This document shows, one piece after another, positions 1 to 6,367 of a stretch of DNA of 27,654 nucleotides (position 1 is its first letter; every line of letters begins with the position of its first letter). The position numbers and the translations under genes are program-made. The notes below the pieces were generated by a model, which worked only from the letters and a program-made list of their open reading frames with translations, was not told the origin of the DNA and ran no database searches. The DNA comes from an uncultured Deferribacteres bacterium (GTDB taxonomy: Bacteria > Zhuqueibacterota > Zhuqueibacteria > Zhuqueibacterales > Geothermadaptataceae): assembly GCA_964014485.1 (NCBI GenBank), contig CAXHAT010000097.1, positions 1 through 27,654 on the forward strand, read 5' to 3'.

Positions 1-395
1 CGGCCCCGGAGGCCTTCGCGGCCTCGTACAGGGCGTCCGCGTCCGCCACGACCACGCGCTCTTTCGCCGCCCTGCCCCTGCCGTTGAGGCCGCTGCGCTT
101 GCGGCGGACGTTGCGGGCGAGGCTGCGCCTCAACTTTTTTCGTCGTGTCCGCCTCGGTCGGCGAAGTGACAAAAACATAATCGCCCCAAACAATCGGCGT
201 AGCGCCGCTCCAGGACGGAAGCGCCGTTTTCCAGACGATATTTTCCGTCTCGCTCCAGGTCACCGGCACATTCTTCGACTGACTAATGCCGTTCATCTCC
301 GGCCCGCGCCACTGCGGCCAATTATCCTGCGCCTGTGCAACACTCGCGCTCAAAAACAGCGCAACTGAACAAAATTGTACGATTCGGCGATTCAT
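1..395 (-). CDS. PQQ-binding-like (BamB-type) beta-propeller protein, N-terminal part; runs off the window start
   Basis: Not in the ORF track; my translation from ATG at 395: MNRRIVQFCSVALFLSASVAQAQDNWPQWRGPEMNG...WSETENIVWKTALPSWSGATPIVWGDYVFVT. Signal peptide plus the NWPQWRGP...W..N..WK..LP....PIV.GD.VF pattern of this family. SD GAGGAG at 403-408 (minus). Confidence 0.85.
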   Translation of the reverse strand, partial: MNRRIVQFCSVALFLSASVAQAQDNWPQWRGPEMNGISQSKNVPVTWSETENIVWKTALPSWSGATPIVWGDYVFVTSPTEADTTKKVEAQPRPQRPPQAQRPQRQGQGGERARGRGGRGRPVRGREGLRG

Positions 396-417
396 GATTC
401 AACTCCTCGATATTTTC

Positions 418-660
418 CTAAGCTATACTCTGTTTTTCCCGCTTAATAGGCGTCGCATTCTGCTCCATGTAAGCTCTCATTTTTCTTATCGAATCGGGAA
501 AGAAAAACTTTTCTCCGCAATTTCCGCAAACCCAATGCGCCACTTTCGGAATGCGGATCGTTTTTTGACGGATTTTCCTTTCAACAACATCTTCAACACG
601 TTGAATATGTTCGGAATTGCAAATCGGACAATTTTTGAGAAACGCACTCGGTTCTTTCAT
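418..660 (-). CDS. YgiT-type zinc-finger protein (MqsA-like N-terminal domain only), putative antitoxin
   Basis: CPIC...I.IPKVAHWVCGNCGE.FF pattern; 80 aa, no HTH; ATGA overlap with the upstream gene at 657-660. Confidence 0.75.
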   Translation of the reverse strand: MKEPSAFLKNCPICNSEHIQRVEDVVERKIRQKTIRIPKVAHWVCGNCGEKFFFPDSIRKMRAYMEQNATPIKREKQSIA

Positions 661-968
661 GACAAAATCGATTTTTTGGATGAAATGAGTAAATAAAACT
701 TCTCTCCGCTTCCATCGTTGCGGATGGTTCCTTTCGAATAGATCAAAGTTCCTGAGTATGTAAAACTTTCGATGATGTAAACTCTTTCTTTTGGGTTTTG
801 CTTAAAACGGCTCCTTGATCTTTTTGCGCGAACAAATTGCGCATTTAAAATCGATTCTAAAACATCTTCTTCAAACAACCCATCAACATCCATTTCATCA
901 AATGCCTTGGCTGTAAAAACATATTTTCCTCTAATAATGAGTCGTTTGATTTTGATTAAAGTATCCAC
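657..968 (-). CDS. DUF4258-like small basic protein, putative toxin
   Basis: GKYVFTAKAFDEMDVDGLFEEDVLESILNA resembles DUF4258; coupled to a YgiT finger gene; visibly AT-rich relative to the flanks. Confidence 0.6.
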   Translation of the reverse strand: MDTLIKIKRLIIRGKYVFTAKAFDEMDVDGLFEEDVLESILNAQFVRAKRSRSRFKQNPKERVYIIESFTYSGTLIYSKGTIRNDGSGEKFYLLISSKKSILS

Positions 969-1072
969 AATGTATCAATGCTGGTTATACTCGGCAGAGC
1001 GTCGAAGTATTGCGTGCCGATGGAGACCGCCGTCACAAGACTGCTTACTGAAAACTAAATGCTGATCACTGA

Positions 1073-2593
1073 CTACGCTCCCGGCCCGCCACGCCGACCA
1101 CCGCCTCCGCGACGGAAATTTTTCATCAATTCAGCAAAAAAATCGAGCTGTTTCTCAATATTATTTTCAAAGTCCGGATCTTCTTCGATTTTCTTCTGCC
1201 AAGCTTGCGCCGCTTCGGGATTGAAGCCGAAAATCCGATTCGCCGTTTCGTCGACATATCGTCTAAAAAAGGCCATTTTTTTGGCGGGATCCGTCGCGAT
1301 CTCCGGGTCTTGTTCCAGACTGCGGTCGTAGCCCCTTTTCATGAAACGACTCTCTTCCATCCGCGCTTCGAGGCGCTTCAATAGTTCCATGTCCACTTTT
1401 TCTTCAACAGCGGGTTTGTCTTTGTCCGCCTTTTTCTCGCCGCCGTCAGCCAGCCGCTCACCGCGCTCCGGCATCTTTTGCGCCACTTGTTGTGCGGGCG
1501 CATCCTGACCCGGTACGCGAATCGCCAGTCCCTCGCGCAATCCATCCTGCCCGACCGTGACAACTACGTCGCCTTCTTCTAGACCGGACAACGCTTCAAT
1601 CGTGTCGCCGGAAACAAAGCCGACCTCAAGCATACGTTTCTTGGCCACGCCATTGTCGAAAACGTAGACTTGGTCGGTTTCGCTTTCTAAAAGCAGCGCT
1701 TTCTTGGGCAGCAAAAGCGTGTTTTCGTGGCTCTCCGTCGTGATAAAAACCGACGCGAACATGCCTGGCTTCAACTCTTTCTCCGCACCGGGAATGTCGA
1801 TTGTTACCTTCACCGTGCCGTTGGTTGGGTCGACAATCGGGCTGATCATTTTCACATGGCCTTCGAATTCCTTGTCCGGCAGAGCGTCCACCGAAATCAG
1901 CGCTTTTTGCCCTTCGAACAACTCGCCCATGTCTTTTTCCGGGACGTAAATTTTCGCACGCAGCGGGTCAAGATCAGCCACGCTGAACATGACCTCATTT
2001 GTGTTCACGCGCTGCCCAAGCTCGATGTGCCGCAAGGTCACCACCCCCGTGACCGGCGAAGTCACGTTGAGGTGATCGACTTTAAGTTTTGCCGCATCAA
2101 AAGCCGATTTCGAGCTCTCGTACTGCATTCGCGTCGTTTCATGCGTTTCTTCGGCGATGAGTTGTTTTTCCAGCATATTTTGAGAACGTTCAAAGATCGC
2201 CTTGTCCGTTTCCATGCGCGTTTTCGCCTGCATGAATTCGATTTGATACTCGGTTTCTTCAAGCGTAACGAGCCGCGAGCCGGTCCGTACGCGGTCGCCT
2301 TCTTCTACTGCGAGACGCTTGACCTGACCGGCGACTTTTGCCAGCACGTCAACTTGTTTCTCCGCTTCAATCGTGGTGGTGTGCAGCAAAAAAGTTGAAA
2401 TATCGCCGCGCCGCACTTCGGCCACTTGCACCGGAATAGCCGCATTACGCGCGTCGCCGCCGCGGCCGTTCATGCCGCCGCGACTCATCCCGTTTCTGCC
2501 CTGCGAACCGCCGCTTTCTTCACTGCCGCAGCCCGCTAAAAAAAATGATACGCCTAAAAGCGCAATTAACGTCTTGTTTTTGAGGTTAAACAT
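1073..2593 (-). CDS. Efflux RND/ABC periplasmic adaptor (membrane fusion protein), lipoprotein, with long C-terminal extension
   Basis: Lipobox LAGC; MFP motifs V.AKVAGQV..L.VEEGDRV, SP.TGVV, ISP.VDPTNGT, LKPGMF, GL.EGD.VV..GQ..LR.G. Confidence 0.9.
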   Translation of the reverse strand: MFNLKNKTLIALLGVSFFLAGCGSEESGGSQGRNGMSRGGMNGRGGDARNAAIPVQVAEVRRGDISTFLLHTTTIEAEKQVDVLAKVAGQVKRLAVEEGDRVRTGSRLVTLEETEYQIEFMQAKTRMETDKAIFERSQNMLEKQLIAEETHETTRMQYESSKSAFDAAKLKVDHLNVTSPVTGVVTLRHIELGQRVNTNEVMFSVADLDPLRAKIYVPEKDMGELFEGQKALISVDALPDKEFEGHVKMISPIVDPTNGTVKVTIDIPGAEKELKPGMFASVFITTESHENTLLLPKKALLLESETDQVYVFDNGVAKKRMLEVGFVSGDTIEALSGLEEGDVVVTVGQDGLREGLAIRVPGQDAPAQQVAQKMPERGERLADGGEKKADKDKPAVEEKVDMELLKRLEARMEESRFMKRGYDRSLEQDPEIATDPAKKMAFFRRYVDETANRIFGFNPEAAQAWQKKIEEDPDFENNIEKQLDFFAELMKNFRRGGGGRRGGPGA

Positions 2594-3905
2594 CAGAGGT
2601 CTCCGTCGATCTTCGATAAAGTCTATAAGCTATGAACAAAAGCAGCAACGCCGCCAACGCCGCGCCGCTGTAAAGGGTTACTTGTGAAAAACTCTGTCCG
2701 GGATTTATAAGCAGCAGGTTGTCCGCCATTTTTTGCAATTCGTCGCGCGAAATCTCGCCGACGACGCTGTAATGGATTTTCCCCGATTTGCCGCGTACGA
2801 CCTGAAACGGGTCGCGCCGATCCGATTTTTTCGTACGCTCTCCCCCGCCCCTCCGACCGCGATGGTCGCCGTTTTCACGCTGAAAAAGCGAGATCATCGT
2901 CAAGCCATCACTATAGAGAAAATGCACAAACGTGTGCCGCCCTTTTTCGAACACGCGAATTCGTTGCAATGCAAATCCTTCCGGCGTCGATTGCGGCACA
3001 AGGAAGGAGCGTTTATGCACGTTCATCATTGTTGAAACGTCGGTGTAGACGCTCGCCTGCGTCCGTTTGCCGCGCCGCCCGCGCGATTCTCGCCTGGGTT
3101 CAGGAAAATTCAAATCGAGTTGGGTCGAGTCCGGCGTTTCGAAATTAACTTCCACAAAACGCGTCATTTTCGATGTTGTGTCAACTGCGCTGGCCGGCGG
3201 CGTTCGGCGCGATTGCAGCAACAGCCCGGTCTCTTGATCAACGATCGCGGAAAAAGCAGGGCGGTTTTGCCGTCTTGGCGAAATCGACAATCGATAAACC
3301 GCTCGCTCCAGAAAAGTCTCATTCCCGCGGACGTCAATTTCATAGTTTTCCTGTAATAATTTAAGCTCTTTCAAAAGCTGCCCGTTTTGCAACAGGCTCG
3401 CGAATCCGCGCCGCAACAGTCCGTCGCCGATGTGCGATTCGCCGCGATAGCGTCTGCTGTCGCCGTCCTGCAAAAATGCCGAACCAGCGACGGATTCCGG
3501 GCTTGTGAACTCAAGGTAGGTTTTTCCCGCTGGCCAATGCGAAATTCTCCACTGAAACTGCATCGGTTTTCCGGCGTGCATGAGCGTTTTTTCCTGCACG
3601 CCGCTGTAGCTCACGGTTTTCTCCGCCTGGCTGATTTTAAGAAGAAGTTGGTCGATGGTAATGGATTGTTCTTTTTCAAAAGAATTTGCCAGAAGTGTGT
3701 TTGCTGAAAAAAGAAAAAGTGCGAGAATCATAAGTCTGAAAATAGATGAACATGCTCTTCTCAAAAATGTTTTTTTCACGTCATTGGCGCGCAGGCGGGA
3801 ATCCAGTAAAATTATCGACTTAGGTGCAATTCTGGATACCCGCCTGCGCGGGTATGACGTAGTGATAGATGCTTTTGAAAAAAGTCGCATTCTTACAACC
3901 TTCAA
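2586..3905 (-). CDS. MucB/RseB-like sigma-E regulatory protein with C-terminal transmembrane helix; start uncertain (TTG 3905, ATG 3890, GTG 3779 or ATG 3731)
   Basis: LL.KI.QAE..VSYSG, Y..SI.P......VD.ETGLLL and HFLYSDGL.MISLF resemble the RseB N and C domains; lies right after sigma/anti-sigma; signal-like MILALFLFSANTLLA; hydrophobic C-terminus followed by YRLYRR. Confidence 0.7.
   Translation of the reverse strand: MKVVRMRLFSKASITTSYPRRRVSRIAPKSIILLDSRLRANDVKKTFLRRACSSIFRLMILALFLFSANTLLANSFEKEQSITIDQLLLKISQAEKTVSYSGVQEKTLMHAGKPMQFQWRISHWPAGKTYLEFTSPESVAGSAFLQDGDSRRYRGESHIGDGLLRRGFASLLQNGQLLKELKLLQENYEIDVRGNETFLERAVYRLSISPRRQNRPAFSAIVDQETGLLLQSRRTPPASAVDTTSKMTRFVEVNFETPDSTQLDLNFPEPRRESRGRRGKRTQASVYTDVSTMMNVHKRSFLVPQSTPEGFALQRIRVFEKGRHTFVHFLYSDGLTMISLFQRENGDHRGRRGGGERTKKSDRRDPFQVVRGKSGKIHYSVVGEISRDELQKMADNLLLINPGQSFSQVTLYSGAALAALLLLFIAYRLYRRSTETSDV
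3778..3860. repeat. REP-like inverted doublet (GTCATNCCCGCGCAGGCGGGNATCCAG type)
   Basis: 29-nt arms at 3778-3806 and 3832-3860 match 25/29 as inverted repeats; the right arm is itself a hairpin (ATACCCGC-N4-GCGGGTAT). Confidence 0.85.
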
Positions 3906-4393
3906 TTGTCCCTTCGCGAAACCGATGCGGTGATCACCGTTGGCTCAGCGAGAATGTTTGAATGAAACATGTGGCGCTGCTGCTGCGACAAATGTTCTTC
4001 AAAAAAGATCTCAAGTTCTTCTTCCACAAGCATCGGCTCAGGGGCCGTTTCTTCCATTTGCAAGGTGCTGAAAAGTACTAAACCGACAAGCGCGACCGCC
4101 GTTCCAAGCGCGGCAAAACGCGCCCAGCGCAACCTTCCGAAGGGCACGGAAAGCGTCGACTTTTGAGGCTGGTCAATCCCGTGCTGAATTTGCCGTTTCA
4201 GCCAATTCTCACCCTGCGACGAAAGCTCCGGCGCTTGCAATTCCGCAAATTCTTCATGAAGCGCGTCAAATCCGCGCAGCTTCGAAGCGCAAACGGTACA
4301 TTTTTTTGTGTGTGACTCCGCGGCGCGCGGCAGTTTTTTCAGCAAGCCGTCCAGATAGACTTGGTGGATTTCGTTAAATTGATCACAGGTCAT
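3902..4393 (-). CDS. Anti-sigma factor, zinc-binding (zf-HC2/ZAS-like) with single TM helix (RseA-like)
   Basis: MTC...YLDG.L....HTKKCTVC (HxxxCxxC); TM FAALGTAVALVGLVLF; directly downstream of an ECF sigma. Confidence 0.85.
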   Translation of the reverse strand: MTCDQFNEIHQVYLDGLLKKLPRAAESHTKKCTVCASKLRGFDALHEEFAELQAPELSSQGENWLKRQIQHGIDQPQKSTLSVPFGRLRWARFAALGTAVALVGLVLFSTLQMEETAPEPMLVEEELEIFFEEHLSQQQRHMFHSNILAEPTVITASVSRRDN

Positions 4394-4469
4394 AACACTT
4401 TGTCATTTGTTATAAACGTCATTTTGATTTCAGCGTCATTTCGCTTCGCTGTCATTTGCTTCGTGTCAT
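4389..4469 (-). repeat. Six ATGAC units between sigma and anti-sigma, encoding two ATGA-overlapped mini-ORFs (4452-4469, 4390-4455)
   Basis: GTCAT on + at 4389, 4402, 4418, 4435, 4451 and 4465; minus-strand translations MTRSK* and MTAKRNDAEIKMTFITNDKVL*. Confidence 0.6.
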
Positions 4470-5050
4470 TCTTTCAGAATTTTTTCGAGCCGTTTTCGCA
4501 ATTGCAATCGCGCATGATGCAGTCGCGACGACACAGTGCCTTCCGAAATATTCAAAACACTCGCGATTTCGCGAATTTTATAATCTTCCAGTTCGAAGAG
4601 CACCAACACGGTTTTTTGCTGTTCCGGCAGTTTCTCGATTTCCTGCATCAGCAAGCGCTTGCGTTCGGCCCTTTCAACGTCCTCATGGGGAGCGGGAACT
4701 CCGGGGGCGTTTTCAATTTTCAATCCTTTTGGCGGCGCAGTCGCACTGGCGATAAAATATCGTTTCAAGCGCTGCAAGCCGCGTCTCCTGTTTGAAACGC
4801 GATTGACGAGAATGCGCGTAATCCAGGTCGAAAACTGATACGAAAAATTGAAGCGCTCCAACGAACGCCACGCCGCTAAAAAAGCGTCTTGCACAACATC
4901 CGCCGCATCCTCAGCTTGCAGACCAAGTCGCCGCGCAATACGATACATTTTCGAAATATGCCGCGTCGTCAATTGGTCAAACGCCTCGCGCTCTCCCTGA
5001 ATCGCCCGCTCGACCAGTTGGTGATCCGTGCTGTTTTCGCCCTCCTTCAT
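4466..5050 (-). CDS. ECF RNA polymerase sigma factor (sigma-70 family, RpoE/SigW-like)
   Basis: D..LV.RA..G.REAFD.L, DAADVVQDAFL.AW, FSTWI.RI.VN, LP...K.V.VL...E.....EIA..L..SEGTV.SRL..AR..LR. ATG 5050 preferred to the TTG at 5086. Confidence 0.95.
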   Translation of the reverse strand: MKEGENSTDHQLVERAIQGEREAFDQLTTRHISKMYRIARRLGLQAEDAADVVQDAFLAAWRSLERFNFSYQFSTWITRILVNRVSNRRRGLQRLKRYFIASATAPPKGLKIENAPGVPAPHEDVERAERKRLLMQEIEKLPEQQKTVLVLFELEDYKIREIASVLNISEGTVSSRLHHARLQLRKRLEKILKE

Positions 5051-5140
5051 AAGTTCTATATACACCGCGAATTTTGTTTTCTTCAATCAAAATCGAACTT
5101 TCTACCAATTTGTTTTCCTTGCGCGCTGAGACGGCATACC

Positions 5141-5169
5141 TTGACTTTGCGAGCGTCCGTCAATACTTT
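5141..5169 (+). promoter_or_regulatory. Putative sigma-70 promoter TTGACT-N17-TACTTT, likely leaderless for the M28 peptidase
   Basis: -35 at 5141-5146, -10 at 5164-5169, ATG at 5177, no SD; also forms the palindrome TTGAC-N13-GTCAA. Confidence 0.5.
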
Positions 5170-5176
5170 GAGTGTC

Positions 5177-6367
5177 ATGAAAGCGCTGCGGTATATAGAG
5201 ATTTTTTCCACGGAAATCGGGGTGCGCGGAAGCGGCGGACCGGGCGAGCGCAAGGCGCATCAAAAGTGTTTTGAATTATTATCCGGTTTTGGCTACTCGC
5301 CAACAATTGATACTTTCACTTCCATTGCATCCGCTTATCGGCCATTCATTCTCGCCACCGCGATTTTACTGTTTTCCTATTTCTCGTTTTATTTTTGGGC
5401 TATTCAAATCCCCGCCATTTTTCTCGCGATTTTCGCGACCGTGAGCGCATATTTGGAGATCGGATTTTTCGCGAGCCCGCTCAGACTTGTCTTCCCCCGA
5501 AAAAAAAGCCAGAACGTTTACGCCATCCAGCCCGCAAAAAACAAAGCCAGTCGGACGATCGTGCTCATGGCGCACGTCGATTCGCACCGCACGCCGCTCA
5601 TTTGGCGTTCGAGACAAACCTACAAGCTTTACCGTTTCCTGAGCATCGCGGGTCTTGTCGCCTTCCCATTCTTTTGCCTTATTCTCATTATCGAAACCTG
5701 GGTTTCGAACCCTGCTCTTTTTCCAATTGCGACGTCTCAAATCATTTTCGTCGCCCTCATTTTTTTCATGACTTTGCAGGCTGAGTTGACGCCGTTTACG
5801 CACGGTGCGAACGACAATGCGTCCGGCGTCGCGGCCGTTCTTGAGATTGCGGAAAACCTCAAGCAATCGCCGCTTGAAAACTGCGAGGTCTGGTTCGTCT
5901 TCACCGGCTGTGAAGAAGTTGGCGCACACGGCAGCTTTGCCTTTCTGAAAAAACACAAAAATGAATTGCAAAACGCTTGTTTTATCGCCGTCGATAACAT
6001 TGCCGGGAGAGACGCGGCGCCTTGCTATTATTTGAGCGAGACCATGCTTAGGCCAGTCAAATTTTCGCAAAGATTGATTGAATTCGCGCAGGAAACCGCT
6101 GCTGAGAATCCCGAACTTGGCGCGCGATCTTTTGAGCAGCAAGGCGCCTACACTGACGCCACTCCGCCAACCCTCGCCGGGTTACCCGCAATCGCCGTCG
6201 TCGGACATCGCGAAGACGGCTGGATTCCAAATTGGCACAATCCTGACGATACTTTCGAAAACATATCTGAAGAAGCGCTGGCGAAAGCACAAAATTTTGT
6301 TGCAAAACTCATCGCGAAAATCGATTCAAATTCCGCCAGTAAGATTTTGGAACAGGAGAACAGGTGA
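5177..6367 (+). CDS. Membrane-embedded M28 family metallopeptidase
   Basis: Zn-ligand motifs MAHVDS, GANDNASG, GCEEVG, DN, WH..DD; two hydrophobic helix pairs. Start moved to ATG 5177 because the upstream extension overlaps the divergent sigma gene. Confidence 0.85.
   Translation: MKALRYIEIFSTEIGVRGSGGPGERKAHQKCFELLSGFGYSPTIDTFTSIASAYRPFILATAILLFSYFSFYFWAIQIPAIFLAIFATVSAYLEIGFFASPLRLVFPRKKSQNVYAIQPAKNKASRTIVLMAHVDSHRTPLIWRSRQTYKLYRFLSIAGLVAFPFFCLILIIETWVSNPALFPIATSQIIFVALIFFMTLQAELTPFTHGANDNASGVAAVLEIAENLKQSPLENCEVWFVFTGCEEVGAHGSFAFLKKHKNELQNACFIAVDNIAGRDAAPCYYLSETMLRPVKFSQRLIEFAQETAAENPELGARSFEQQGAYTDATPPTLAGLPAIAVVGHREDGWIPNWHNPDDTFENISEEALAKAQNFVAKLIAKIDSNSASKILEQENR

Noticed and set aside
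84..696. Plus-strand ORFs 84-368 and 286-696
   Set aside because: Antisense shadows of the propeller and TA genes; no motifs.
4389..4469. CRISPR-like or heptamer tandem array
   Set aside because: Conserved unit is only 5-7 nt with irregular short spacing; no cas genes.
5095..5125. GAACTT as a sigma-E -35 element
   Set aside because: No matching -10 at the right spacing, and it points away from the sigma gene.
4889..5176. N-terminal extension of the M28 ORF
   Set aside because: Overlaps the divergent sigma gene and the promoter; ATG 5177 fits better.
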